A stretch of DNA of 64,000 nucleotides, from assembly GCA_964496415.1 (NCBI GenBank), contig CAZBZN010000001.1, positions 9,819 through 73,818 on the forward strand, in the 5' to 3' direction. Numbering within the stretch: position 1 is the stretch's first letter; each line of letters opens with the position of its first letter. The translations under genes and the position numbers were made by a program. Positions 45,808-57,358 of the stretch are shown here, piece after piece. The notes under the pieces are model-generated. The model was given only the letters and a program-made list of their open reading frames with translations, was not told where the DNA came from and searched no databases. The DNA comes from Candidatus Micrarchaeota archaeon. Lineage in GTDB: Archaea > B1Sed10-29 > JAJRYS01.

Positions 45808-47712
45808 TTGATGAGGATTCTTAAAAAAGTTGACGTGCTTGAAAAGAAAGGTAAGAAAGTGGTATTATTAGGAAATGAAGCTATTGTCAGGGGAGCGTTA
45901 GAAGCAGGAGTAGGAGTTGCTACTGCTTACCCAGGAACTCCTTCTTCTGAAGTTCCAATGACTTTTTCAAGAATAGCCAAGCAAGCCGGAGTGTATTTTG
46001 AGTATTCCACTAATGAAAAAGTTGCTTTTGAAACAGCTGCTGGAGCAGCTTATTCAGGTGTTCCAGCTATCGTTTCAATGAAGCATTTTGGGCTTAATGT
46101 TGCTTCTGATTCAGTAATGCCTGTTATTTATACTGGTGTCAAGGCTCCTTTGATTATAATGGTTGCTGATGATCCTCAAGGTTGGAGTTCAGCCCAGTCA
46201 GAGCAAGATTCAAGGTTTTACTCAAGATTAGGCCATATCCCAACAATAGAGCCAGCTAATCCTCAAGAATGTAAGGACTTCACAGTCCTTGCTTTTAAGA
46301 TTTCAGAGGAATTCAACATCCCTGTAATGCTTAGGACTACTACTAAAGTGAGCCATTCTATTGGAACAGTAAAGCTTGGTGAAGTCAAGAAACCAAAAAG
46401 AAAAGGAAAGTTTGTGAAGGATAAAAAGGTTTACTATAACATAAGACCTAATCTTCAAAAGCTTCATGAGCTTTTGCTTGAAAAAAATGAAAAAATAAGG
46501 AAAAAATATTCTGAAAAGTTAGTTGATGTTATCCCAGGTTCAAAAAATCTCGGCGTGATTTGTTCAGGAGTTTCTTATGAATACGTGCTTGAAGCAGTTA
46601 AGGAAATGAAAGTAAAGCCAAGGATTTTAAGAATTAAGATGACTTATCCTCTTCCAGTAAAAATGATTTCAAAGTTTATCAAAGACCTTAAGTCAGTGGT
46701 TGTTGTTGAAGAACTTGAGCCAATAATAGAAGAAGAAGTTAAAGCCATAGCTAAGGAGGTTAACCCCAAACTTGTTGTTCATGGAAAGGATTTATTACCT
46801 TCAGTAGGAGAGTATAACACTGAAGACATTATTTCTGCTTTTGAGAAGCTTTACAAAAAGAAGTATCATATTGATTTTAAGAAACATTTAAGGAAAGCAG
46901 AAGCCATGGTTAAGGACTTACCTCCAAGAAAGCCCTCTTTCTGTCAAGGATGTCCTCATAGGTCAACTTTTTACGCGGTCAAGAAAGTACTTGGAAGCAA
47001 GACAATTTACGCAGGAGATATTGGTTGTTATATTTTGGGAATTTTTGAGCCTTATGAAATGCAGGATTTTATAATAAGCATGGGGGCCTCTGAAGGAATA
47101 ACTCATGGGATTATGAAGTCAACAAAGCAAAAGCCAGTAGTGTTCATAGGGGATTCTACTTTTTTCCATGCAGGAATGCCTGGGTTGGCTAACTTTCATT
47201 TTAACAAGACAGACGCATTAGTAATCATTCTTGACAATTCAGTTACTGCAATGACAGGACATCAACCTCATCCAGGTACTGGGAGAACAGGAATGAATGA
47301 ATCAGTACCAGCTTTAAAACTTGAAGAAATAGCCAAAGCATTAGGAGCTGACAACGTAAGAGTAGTTAATTCTTTCAACCAAAAAGAAGTTCAAAAGGCA
47401 GTTAAGGAATTGTATTCTAAGCCAGGTGTGAATGTTATTGTTTCAAGAGGAGAGTGTAGGCTTTTGTTCATGAGAGAAATGAAAAAAGAGCAAATTCAAG
47501 TTCCAAAGTTCCAGATTGATCCTGAAAAATGCGTTAAGTGTGGGGTGTGCACTGATGAATTTGCCTGCCCTGCGATCATAAAAGAAGGTAAAGGAAAGAA
47601 TGCCAAATATTATATTAACGAGGACATGTGCTGGGGTTGTTCTGTCTGCGCTCAAATATGTCCTTATAATGCAATAAAACCAGCAAGGCTGGTTAAGAGG
47701 GATGATTTATGA
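45808..47712 (+). CDS. iorA: indolepyruvate:ferredoxin oxidoreductase subunit alpha
   Basis: LLGNEAIVRGALEAGVGVATAYPGTPSSE TPP/PFOR N-terminus. Two C-terminal 4Fe-4S CxxCxxCxxxCP motifs. 634 aa. Confidence 0.85.
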   Translation: MMRILKKVDVLEKKGKKVVLLGNEAIVRGALEAGVGVATAYPGTPSSEVPMTFSRIAKQAGVYFEYSTNEKVAFETAAGAAYSGVPAIVSMKHFGLNVASDSVMPVIYTGVKAPLIIMVADDPQGWSSAQSEQDSRFYSRLGHIPTIEPANPQECKDFTVLAFKISEEFNIPVMLRTTTKVSHSIGTVKLGEVKKPKRKGKFVKDKKVYYNIRPNLQKLHELLLEKNEKIRKKYSEKLVDVIPGSKNLGVICSGVSYEYVLEAVKEMKVKPRILRIKMTYPLPVKMISKFIKDLKSVVVVEELEPIIEEEVKAIAKEVNPKLVVHGKDLLPSVGEYNTEDIISAFEKLYKKKYHIDFKKHLRKAEAMVKDLPPRKPSFCQGCPHRSTFYAVKKVLGSKTIYAGDIGCYILGIFEPYEMQDFIISMGASEGITHGIMKSTKQKPVVFIGDSTFFHAGMPGLANFHFNKTDALVIILDNSVTAMTGHQPHPGTGRTGMNESVPALKLEEIAKALGADNVRVVNSFNQKEVQKAVKELYSKPGVNVIVSRGECRLLFMREMKKEQIQVPKFQIDPEKCVKCGVCTDEFACPAIIKEGKGKNAKYYINEDMCWGCSVCAQICPYNAIKPARLVKRDDL

Positions 47713-48305
47713 CTGATGTCTTGCTTACTGGTATTGGAGGTCAGGGGGTTTTAAGCACTTCAGCAGTACTTGCAAGAGCTGCTCAACTTGATGGTTTTTT
47801 TGTCAGAGGCGTCACGCTTCATGGTCTTGCTCAAAGAGGAGGCTCAACTCATACTTTCATCAGGTTTTCCAAGGATAAAGTATTCTCACCATCTGTTTTA
47901 ACTGCTAACGCTGATTTGATTCTTGCTTTTGAGCCTTTAGAAGCATTACGAGTTTTGAAATACGCGTCTAAAGAAAAAACAGCAATAGTGGTTAATGATT
48001 ATCCTTTGACTCCAATTTATTCTAACGTGCTGAAAATACCTTATCCTAAAAAGGAAGAAATAATGTCAAAGCTTAAGAAGTTTTCAAAAGAAGTAGTAGT
48101 CTTTAATGCTTTTGGAAAAACAAAAGAAGAATATGGCAATATTCTTTATGGCAATTTAATGCTTCTAGGAATCAGCATTGGAAAAGGATTTTTAAATCTT
48201 TCTGAAAAAAATGTTGAAAAAGCAATACTCTGCACGATAAAGTACGACTTGGATAAAAACTTAAAGGCCTTCAGGGAAGGCGTGAGCCTTGGTAAAAAAT
48301 TATAG
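47709..48305 (+). CDS. iorB: indolepyruvate:ferredoxin oxidoreductase subunit beta
   Basis: TGIGGQGVLS PFOR gamma-like domain. There is a 4-nt overlap with iorA. Confidence 0.8.
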   Translation: MTDVLLTGIGGQGVLSTSAVLARAAQLDGFFVRGVTLHGLAQRGGSTHTFIRFSKDKVFSPSVLTANADLILAFEPLEALRVLKYASKEKTAIVVNDYPLTPIYSNVLKIPYPKKEEIMSKLKKFSKEVVVFNAFGKTKEEYGNILYGNLMLLGISIGKGFLNLSEKNVEKAILCTIKYDLDKNLKAFREGVSLGKKL

Positions 48306-48310
48306 GCTGC

Positions 48311-49738
48311 TCATCCTTTAATACAGCCTATTGGTCTTACTCTTACTACTTTTTTAGCTAACCCGGCATTGTGCACTGCGTCAACTACTTCTGCTACGTC
48401 CTTGTAAGCTTCAGGAGCTTCTTCAGCTACTCCTGCGTAAGAATGTGCTTTAACTATGATTCCTTTTTCCCTTAGTCTGCGGATTATTTCCTCTCCTCTC
48501 CAGGAATGTTTTGCTTTTGTCCTGCTCATTCTTCTTCCACCGCCATGGCAAGCGCTTCCAAAAGTCTTACTGGTTCCGGTTTCTGTTCCAACTAATATGT
48601 AAGAGTATGTTCCCATGCTTCCTCCTATGAGTACTGGTTGTCCTACTTCCATGTAATCTTTTGGCAATTCTTTCCTGCCAGGACCAAAAGCTCTAGTAGC
48701 TCCTTTTCTATGAACATAAAGTTTTCTCTTCTCCCCGTCAACGTCATGCTCTTCTATCTTGCACGTGTTATGTGAGATATCATAAAGTGTTTCCACTTTT
48801 GCTTCTGGAAGTACTTTTTCAAAAGCAGTCCTTGCCAAGTGAGCTATTACTTGCCTGTTCGCTAACGCGCAGTTTATTCCAGCATTCATTGCACCCCAGT
48901 AATCCTGTCCTTCTTTTGATTTTATAGGAGCACATACGAGTTCCCTGTCCCTTATAGGAATCCCGTACTTTTTTGAAGCCTGCGCAAGGATTGGAAGGTA
49001 ATCCATTCCTATCTGATGCCCAAGAGCTCTTGAACCACAGTGAAATGATATTAAGACATCTCCTTTTTCCACTTTGAACACTTTTGCTGTTTTTTCATCA
49101 AACACTTCATCAACTACTTGAATTTCTAAGTAGTGGTTTCCTGAACCAAGAGTCCCTACTTGCTTGTACTGCCTTTTTTTTGCTTTGTGTGATACTTTTG
49201 AAGCATCAGCTCCGTCAACTCTGCCGAATTCTTCTATGAATTCAAGGTCTCTTTTTGTCCCATACCCTTGTTCAACAGCCCAAACAGCTCCTCCTTCTAG
49301 CACTTCATCAATTCCCTGTTCAGTTAGCTTTATTTCACCAGTGCTTCCAAGACCAGCAGGTACTGTTCTAAACAATTCGTTTACTACCTCCTCTATTTTT
49401 TCCTTTACTTGTTCTTCTTTCAGGCCAGTCCTCATTGTTCTTACTCCGCAAGAAATGTCAAACCCTACTCCTCCTACTGAAAGTATTCCTTCATCTTCGT
49501 CAAAAGCACCTACTCCTCCTATTGGGAAACCGTACCCCCAGTGAGCGTCAGGCATTGCCATTGCTGCTTTAACAATGCCTGGAAGGCTTGCCACGTTCAT
49601 GAGTTGTTCTCTTACTTTTTCATCCATTTCTGTAACTAGTTTCTCGTCAGCGTAAATCCTTGCAGGAACATTCATTTCACCAGTTTTTTCAATTTCCCAT
49701 TCATAGTCACTTATCTTTTTCAAAGCTTTAATATCCAC
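48311..49738 (-). CDS. rtcB: RNA-splicing ligase RtcB
   Basis: GSACHGGGRRMSR...and metal-binding His motifs. 475 aa. Confidence 0.9.
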   Translation of the reverse strand: MDIKALKKISDYEWEIEKTGEMNVPARIYADEKLVTEMDEKVREQLMNVASLPGIVKAAMAMPDAHWGYGFPIGGVGAFDEDEGILSVGGVGFDISCGVRTMRTGLKEEQVKEKIEEVVNELFRTVPAGLGSTGEIKLTEQGIDEVLEGGAVWAVEQGYGTKRDLEFIEEFGRVDGADASKVSHKAKKRQYKQVGTLGSGNHYLEIQVVDEVFDEKTAKVFKVEKGDVLISFHCGSRALGHQIGMDYLPILAQASKKYGIPIRDRELVCAPIKSKEGQDYWGAMNAGINCALANRQVIAHLARTAFEKVLPEAKVETLYDISHNTCKIEEHDVDGEKRKLYVHRKGATRAFGPGRKELPKDYMEVGQPVLIGGSMGTYSYILVGTETGTSKTFGSACHGGGRRMSRTKAKHSWRGEEIIRRLREKGIIVKAHSYAGVAEEAPEAYKDVAEVVDAVHNAGLAKKVVRVRPIGCIKG

Positions 49739-49757
49739 AGGACTCCCTCCTTAAGAC

Positions 49758-50174
49758 TCATACGTCAACAATGCATTGAGCAATCCAATGATCATTTGTT
49801 TTCTCAACTTTTACCTGTGAGTAAGTGGCTGCTTTTACTTCTGTCTTAGGATGGTGCTTTTCAGGGTTAAATTCTTCTCCGAGAGCGATAGCGGTTAGTT
49901 TGTTATCGTTTATGGTTACTTTAAAATCTTTGAAGACAATTCCTTCTAAGTCCATTTCTGTAAGCAGCTCGTTGAGGAATGATACGAGAAGACTTTCAAG
50001 GTCTGTTGACTCGCAGGTTATTTTTATTTCTTTGCAGGGGGTTATGTTTTCTAAGTCAAACATTATTGAAAACATTGCCTTGGCACATTCAGTAAAAGCT
50101 TCTTCAACTGTTTTTCCAATTCCTCTTACTCCTATGTCAGCAGTGTGTTCAAAAGTTTCGAACAACTTACTCAC
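49758..50174 (-). CDS. archease (RtcB activator)
   Basis: FEHTADIGVRGIGKT...EVKAATYS is the archease signature. Located upstream of rtcB. Confidence 0.85.
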   Translation of the reverse strand: MSKLFETFEHTADIGVRGIGKTVEEAFTECAKAMFSIMFDLENITPCKEIKITCESTDLESLLVSFLNELLTEMDLEGIVFKDFKVTINDNKLTAIALGEEFNPEKHHPKTEVKAATYSQVKVEKTNDHWIAQCIVDV

Positions 50175-50244
50175 TCCTTATTAGTGATCTAAGCATAGTT
50201 TAAGCAATTAAGTTTATAAGGTTTTTTTGTTTTAAATTTGTTTA

Positions 50245-50547
50245 ATGAAGAGAAGAAATCCTAACAAGGCTAAAAAGAAAGTTGAGGAAAAGAGAGCTGA
50301 GAAAGCTGCTGTTGATTCTTTGATTAGCGTTATAAGGTCAAGGATTACTTTTTTGACTCCTGAGGAGAAAAAAGCTGATAGGATTTTTAAAGAAATTGAA
50401 AGAGACCCGTCATTGGTTGATAATCTTTCAGCAAGAGACATAGATTGGCTTATGGAAGTTGCAGAAAAACGTGAGCATGAAATGAGTATTTATTTAAATG
50501 TTCTTCCTCTTTTAGAGAAAAGACGTGAAGAGTTAAAGAAAAAATAG
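50245..50547 (+). CDS. hypothetical K/E/R-rich helical protein
   Basis: 100-aa charged ORF, apparently leaderless, with a TATA-like tttataagg upstream. A competing antisense ORF (50232-50441) is hydrophobic and low-complexity. Confidence 0.35.
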   Translation: MKRRNPNKAKKKVEEKRAEKAAVDSLISVIRSRITFLTPEEKKADRIFKEIERDPSLVDNLSARDIDWLMEVAEKREHEMSIYLNVLPLLEKRREELKKK

Positions 50548-50552
50548 TTGGC

Positions 50553-50861
50553 TTATTCAAGTTCTATTTCTATGTGGACTTGGTCTGGGATTTGCACTCT
50601 CATTATTTGCCTTAATGTCCTTTCATCTGCTTGGATGTTTATCAGTCTTTTATGGATTCTCATCTGCCATTTTTCCCATGTCTTGCTTCCGTCACCGCAA
50701 GGAGTCTTAAGTGTTGGTACAGTTAGTTTTTTCGTAGGAAGAGGAATGGGGCCTGATACTCTTGCCCCTGTTTTTAAAGCTACTTCTTTTATTTCTTTGC
50801 ATACTTCTTCAAGTTTCTTGTAGTCAGGGCTTACAAGTTTTATGCTTGCGGTTTGAGTCAC
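50553..50861 (-). CDS. rps10: 30S ribosomal protein S10 (uS10)
   Basis: IKLVSPDYKKLEEVCKEIKEVALKTGARVSGPIPLPTKK. Confidence 0.9.
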   Translation of the reverse strand: MTQTASIKLVSPDYKKLEEVCKEIKEVALKTGARVSGPIPLPTKKLTVPTLKTPCGDGSKTWEKWQMRIHKRLINIQADERTLRQIMRVQIPDQVHIEIELE

Positions 50862-50899
50862 TTTTTTTCACCTTAAATTAAAATAAAAAAGGAAAGGTT

Positions 50900-52171
50900 T
50901 TATTGTTTTTTCTTAACGTCTATCACCATTCCTGCTGCTACTGTTTGACCCATGTCTCTTACTGCGAACCTTCCAAGTGGTGAGAACTCGTTTGCTTTTT
51001 CAATGACCATTGGCCTTGTTGGCTTGAATTTTACTATTGCAACGTCTCCTGTCTTAATGAATTCAGGGTTTTCTTGTTCTACTTGTCCTGTTTTTGGGTT
51101 GATTTTCTTTACAAGCTCAGTTATTGTACAAGCTACTTGTGCAGTGTGCGCATGGATTACTGGCTGGTATCCTACTGTTATTGCTGTTGGGTGGTTTAAT
51201 ACTACTATTTGAGCAGTGAATTCTTCTGCCACCGTTGGTGGATTGTCAGGATGACCTACTACGTCTCCTCTCTTTATGCTTTTCTTGTCAACCCCTTTGA
51301 GGTTGAATCCAATGTTGTCTCCTGGTTCTGCTTCCTGTAATGGCTGGTGGTGCATTTCTATTGATTTTACTTCTCCAACCACTCCTGATGGCATTACTAT
51401 TACTTTGTCTCCTACTTTGAGTTTTCCGGTTTCAACTCTTCCTACTGGCACTAATCCTACTCCTGTAATTGTGTATACGTCTTGTACTGGTAGTCTTAAT
51501 GGTTTGTCTACTGGTTTTTCAGGTACTTTAAAGTCGTCAAAAGCTTCTACTATTGTTTTTCCTTTGTACCATGGAGTTTTATCTGACTTTTTAGCTACGT
51601 TGTCTCCGTAGTAAGCTGATACTGGAATGAATGGAATTTCATCTGTCTTGTATCCTATGGTTTTCAGTAAGTTTTCTACTTGTGATTTTACTTCGTTGAA
51701 TCTGTTTTCATCATAGTTTACTGTGTCCATTTTGTTTATTGCAACTATGAGTTGTCCTACTCCAAGAGTTCTTGCTAAGAAAGCATGCTCTTTTGTTTGT
51801 GGTTGTGGTCCTTCTTTAGCTGATACTACTAAAACTGCAGCGTCTGCTTGAGAAGTACCAGTAATCATGTTTTTAACGAAGTCTCTGTGTCCTGGAGCGT
51901 CTATTATTGTGAAGTAGTATTTGTTTGTTTGGAAGTCTTTGTGCATTACGTCTATTGTTACTCCTCTTTCCCTTTCTTCTTTGAGTTTGTCCATTACGAA
52001 TGCAAACTCAAAAGTTGCTTTTCCAAGCTTTGCTGCTTCTTCTTTGAGTTTTCTTAGTTCAACATCACTGAGTGCTCCTGTGTCGTAGAGGATTCTTCCA
52101 ACCAAGGTTGACTTTCCATGGTCTACGTGTCCTATGAACACCAGGTTAAGGTGTGGTTTTTTGTCTGCCAT
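50900..52171 (-). CDS. tuf: elongation factor 1-alpha
   Basis: [20 protein letters not shown] and DAPGHRDF motifs. 423 aa. Confidence 0.95.
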   Translation of the reverse strand: MADKKPHLNLVFIGHVDHGKSTLVGRILYDTGALSDVELRKLKEEAAKLGKATFEFAFVMDKLKEERERGVTIDVMHKDFQTNKYYFTIIDAPGHRDFVKNMITGTSQADAAVLVVSAKEGPQPQTKEHAFLARTLGVGQLIVAINKMDTVNYDENRFNEVKSQVENLLKTIGYKTDEIPFIPVSAYYGDNVAKKSDKTPWYKGKTIVEAFDDFKVPEKPVDKPLRLPVQDVYTITGVGLVPVGRVETGKLKVGDKVIVMPSGVVGEVKSIEMHHQPLQEAEPGDNIGFNLKGVDKKSIKRGDVVGHPDNPPTVAEEFTAQIVVLNHPTAITVGYQPVIHAHTAQVACTITELVKKINPKTGQVEQENPEFIKTGDVAIVKFKPTRPMVIEKANEFSPLGRFAVRDMGQTVAAGMVIDVKKKQ

Positions 52172-52267
52172 TTCTTCTTACCTCCGTTTTTAATTAATAT
52201 GAAGTGGTTAGTTTGATTTTTAATACTTTTGTTTTTTAAGCCTAATAAACTTTTCTCTTCTCGTTTT

Positions 52268-54460
52268 TCATGCTAGTAACTCTTGTGGGGTTGGTGGCTG
52301 TGGTTTTAATCCTTTTCTTTCTCTTACTTTTTTAATTATTTCTTCTTGTAAGCTTTTTGGAACCATTTCATATCCTAAGTATTCAGTGCTCCATAGTGCT
52401 CTTCCCTGAGTAGCTGACCTTATTGCTGCAGCAAATCCAAACATTTCAGCTACTGGTACTTTTGCGATTATTGTTAATGCGTCTTCTTCTTGATTCATTT
52501 CAAGTATTTGCCCTCTTCTTCCTTGTATTTCTTTTGTTACCGCGCTCATGTATTCTTGTGGTATTGAGATGAATAGTTTTTGTTTTGGTTCCATGAGGAC
52601 AGCGTCTCCTAACAGCATTGCTGCAAGGATTGCTCTTTTTACTGCTGGGATTACTTGAGCAGGCCCTCTGTGAACAGCATCTTCATGGAGCACTGCGTCA
52701 TGAAGTTTTACTATCATCTTTATTCCTTTTTCCTGGGCTAAAGGCCCTGCATTCATTGCTTCTATAAATGCTTGGATTATTAGTTCTTTTGCTTCGTTTA
52801 AGTATTGTACTCCTTTAGTGACGTCTATAAGCATGCAGTTATTGTGAATATACCATACTTTTTTGGATTCTTCAGCATCCATGCCAAGGTTTCTTAGTTT
52901 TTCTGCTAATGCTTTTTGGTCTTTTACTTTTCCTTCTTTTATTTCCCCTTCTTTTATTGCTTTGTGGATTTCATCGCTCATTGGTTCTACTGTTAAATAA
53001 AATTTATTGTGTTTGTTTGGGGATTTTCCTTCTACTTGTTGTGATTGACTTGCAACGCTTTCACGGTAAACTACTATTGGCTGTGATGAGGTTATTTCTA
53101 CTCCTTTGTCTTTTCTTAGTACGTGTTCAAGGATTTCTAAGTGAAGTTCTCCCATTCCAGATAGTAAGTGTTCTCCTGTTTCTTCATTTATTTCTACCCT
53201 TACTGTTGGGTCTTCTTTTGCTAATTGTCTTAGAGCTTCGATGAGTTTTGGAAGGTCTTTTGGGTTTTTTGCTTCAATTGATTTTGTAACTACTGGTTCT
53301 GAATAGTGTTTTATTGATTCAAATGGCTCTATTTTTTCTTCGCATGCTGTTTCTCCTGCAAAAGCATCTTTCAAGCCTGTTATTGCAGCAATATTACCAG
53401 CAGGAATATCAGGCAACTGAATTCTTCCATCATTCATGTATATTGCTACTTGTTGCACTGTTGCTTCTCTTGCAGAGTTGATTAAGTATAATTTTTGTCC
53501 TTTTTTCACCGTTCCTGAGAAGACTCTGCCTGTGGCTACTTCTCCAGCATGAGGGTCTATTGAAATATTGGTTATCATTATGGTTGTTTTTCCGTCTTTG
53601 TCGCAGTTTATCATTTGTTTCCCTACTTCACTTTCAGGGTCTCCGTTCCAAATGTTTTCAATCCTGTATTTTTGAGCTTCTTTTGGGCTTGGCAGGTGTT
53701 TTACTACCATGTCTAAGATTACTTGATAGGCTGGGATTTTTTTAGCTAATTCTTTTTGTTTTTCTTGTTGGGAGTATTCATAGATTTCTTTGAAACCAAT
53801 GCCTGTTTTTTTCATGAATGGAACTGAAATAGCCCAGTTATGATAAGCAGAGCCAAAAGCAACAGACCCATCTTGCACTCTTACCTGCCATTTTTCTTTG
53901 TATTCAGGTGGGGCATATTTTCTAATAAGTTCGTTTACTTTTGTTATTATTTTAGTAAGTCTTTTTTGAAGTTCTTCAGGCCCTACTTGCAATTCATTGA
54001 TTAACCTGTCTACTTTGTTTATGAAGAGTACTGGTTTTACTCTTTCTTTTAGAGCTTGTCTTAATACTGTTTCTGTTTGAGGCATTACTCCTTCAACAGC
54101 GCAAGCTACTACTATTGCTCCGTCTACTGCTCTCATTGCTCTTGTTACTCCTCCTCCAAAGTCAACGTGTCCAGGGGTGTCTATTAAGTTGATTAAGTAA
54201 TAATCATTTTCAAAGTTGTATACCATTGAAATGTTTGCAGAGAAAATTGTTATTCCTCTTTCTGCTTCTAGTTCATACGAGTCTAATTCACAGGCTTTTC
54301 CAGCTAGTTCTTCACTCATCAATCCTGCTCCAGCGATTAGGTTGTCTGATAAAGTTGTTTTTCCATGGTCAATATGAGCGACTATTCCAATGTTTCTTAT
54401 TCTTTCAGGCATGTACATTAGTTCATGAACTTTTTGTGCCATTTGTTCTATTCTTCCCAT
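52268..54460 (-). CDS. fusA: elongation factor 2 (aEF-2)
   Basis: [19 protein letters not shown]. 730 aa. The diphthamide-region motif HRGPAQ is present. Confidence 0.95.
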   Translation of the reverse strand: MGRIEQMAQKVHELMYMPERIRNIGIVAHIDHGKTTLSDNLIAGAGLMSEELAGKACELDSYELEAERGITIFSANISMVYNFENDYYLINLIDTPGHVDFGGGVTRAMRAVDGAIVVACAVEGVMPQTETVLRQALKERVKPVLFINKVDRLINELQVGPEELQKRLTKIITKVNELIRKYAPPEYKEKWQVRVQDGSVAFGSAYHNWAISVPFMKKTGIGFKEIYEYSQQEKQKELAKKIPAYQVILDMVVKHLPSPKEAQKYRIENIWNGDPESEVGKQMINCDKDGKTTIMITNISIDPHAGEVATGRVFSGTVKKGQKLYLINSAREATVQQVAIYMNDGRIQLPDIPAGNIAAITGLKDAFAGETACEEKIEPFESIKHYSEPVVTKSIEAKNPKDLPKLIEALRQLAKEDPTVRVEINEETGEHLLSGMGELHLEILEHVLRKDKGVEITSSQPIVVYRESVASQSQQVEGKSPNKHNKFYLTVEPMSDEIHKAIKEGEIKEGKVKDQKALAEKLRNLGMDAEESKKVWYIHNNCMLIDVTKGVQYLNEAKELIIQAFIEAMNAGPLAQEKGIKMIVKLHDAVLHEDAVHRGPAQVIPAVKRAILAAMLLGDAVLMEPKQKLFISIPQEYMSAVTKEIQGRRGQILEMNQEEDALTIIAKVPVAEMFGFAAAIRSATQGRALWSTEYLGYEMVPKSLQEEIIKKVRERKGLKPQPPTPQELLA

Positions 54461-54495
54461 TAACTACCACCTTTTCAGAAACAAGTTTTTAAGTC

Positions 54496-55098
54496 TTACC
54501 TGCTGCTCTTTGCTATCCTCTCTACTTCTATTTTTCTTGAAATAGCATAACTTTGTGAATCATTATTAGCTGCTAAGATTAGTTCTTCTGCTAAGGCTTC
54601 TTCAGCTGATTTTTTGTTGTCAAATGATCTTATCGCTACCGCCCTTCCTATGTTTCTTAGGGCGAAATCAACTCTTCTTTGAGGAGAAGTATCAACAGCT
54701 ATCGGGGTGACTATCCCACCGTATTTCACTCTTGTGGTTTCTTCCCTTGGGGCTGAGTTTTCAATTGCTTTTACTAGTATTTGAATAGGGTTTTGTTTTG
54801 TCTTTTTATGCACTATTTCAAAAGCTTTTTCAACTATTTTTGTCATTTTTGCTTTTTTTCCACAGCCTCCTCTTCCTCTTATTACTCTTCCACCTATTTT
54901 TCTTCCAGTTCCCCCTATCATTAATGAGTTGATTAGTCTTTCAACAATATGAACTTTGCTTTTACCACCTTCTTTTTTCACGTGCCTTCCTTGATTATTC
55001 ATTGTGATTCTTGGCTTTAAGCTTATGTACTTCCTTAACCCTGGGTCTGTGACTTCTGCTTTTGATTCCCATTTTCCGAAAATTAAAAAGTCATCCAT
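54496..55098 (-). CDS. rps7: 30S ribosomal protein S7 (uS7)
   Basis: LINSLMIGGTGRKIGG...AIENSAPREETTRV. Confidence 0.9.
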   Translation of the reverse strand: MDDFLIFGKWESKAEVTDPGLRKYISLKPRITMNNQGRHVKKEGGKSKVHIVERLINSLMIGGTGRKIGGRVIRGRGGCGKKAKMTKIVEKAFEIVHKKTKQNPIQILVKAIENSAPREETTRVKYGGIVTPIAVDTSPQRRVDFALRNIGRAVAIRSFDNKKSAEEALAEELILAANNDSQSYAISRKIEVERIAKSSR

Positions 55099-55106
55099 TA
55101 ATCATT

Positions 55107-55535
55107 TCACCTTTTTGGCTTTTCTTTTCTTCCTGTTCTTAATTCTTCTAAGCTTACTCCGTTTACTTTTATTACCTTATATTTTATTCCCCACATTGAT
55201 CCTATAGCTCCTCCTTGTGAGCCTCCTAGTCCTTCTATTAGAACTTCATCGTGCTCGTCAACAAATTTTGAAGCATTTTCTCTTGGAAGATGAGCAGTAA
55301 CCATTTTTCCATTTTTTATTAATTGTACTCTTACGCATTTTATTAATCCTGAGTGTGGTTGTTTTTGTTCCCTAACAGTCTTTTCAGTGACTATCCCAGA
55401 AGCTTGAGGAGCACCTTCTAACGGATCTGTAAGTCTTCCTGCTTTTCTTCTCATTCTTGTTACATACTTTACTTGTTTCCACCTAAACCTCTGCCTGTCT
55501 TTTTTCAGTTTTCTAGCAGCAAATTCTCCTGGCAT
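55107..55535 (-). CDS. rps12: 30S ribosomal protein S12 (uS12)
   Basis: [36 protein letters not shown]. Confidence 0.9.
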   Translation of the reverse strand: MPGEFAARKLKKDRQRFRWKQVKYVTRMRRKAGRLTDPLEGAPQASGIVTEKTVREQKQPHSGLIKCVRVQLIKNGKMVTAHLPRENASKFVDEHDEVLIEGLGGSQGGAIGSMWGIKYKVIKVNGVSLEELRTGRKEKPKR

Positions 55536-55536
55536 T

Positions 55537-55937
55537 TCACATCACGGTTATTTTGTTTATTTTATAATGTCTTCCAACTATTTTTTTTACTTGGTTTATT
55601 TTTTTCCCTTCTTTCCCTATTGCTCTTTTTTTGTGTTTTGGGTCAATATATACTTTTGCTTCTGAACCGTTTATCTCGATTTTGTTTACTTTTAGTGGGT
55701 AAAGAAGGTTTTTTATAAATCCTTCAGGGGTCTTATCAAACTCATAAACATGAATTTCTTTTCCTATCTCTTTTTTTATTTTGTTTATTATGCTTCCGTT
55801 TTTTCCTATTGCAAATCCAATGTATCCTTTGTCAACGATTATTGTTATGTCGTCGCCTTCTATAAGGCAGTCTACTACTTTTGTTTTGGTTTTTGCTTCA
55901 AAAAAGTTTATTAGTCTCATTTCGTCTGCTGTGAGTT

Positions 55938-55941
<4 letters not shown>
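55537..55941 (-). CDS. nusA: transcription termination/antitermination factor NusA (archaeal two-KH form)
   Basis: Two KH motifs, GFAIGKNGS and AIGKEGKK. 134 aa. Confidence 0.8.

Positions 55942-57358
<1,417 letters not shown>

Noticed and set aside
50232-50441. 69-aa minus-strand ORF upstream of archease
   Set aside because: Hydrophobic low-complexity translation. It overlaps the more protein-like plus-strand 100-aa ORF. Neither is confirmed.
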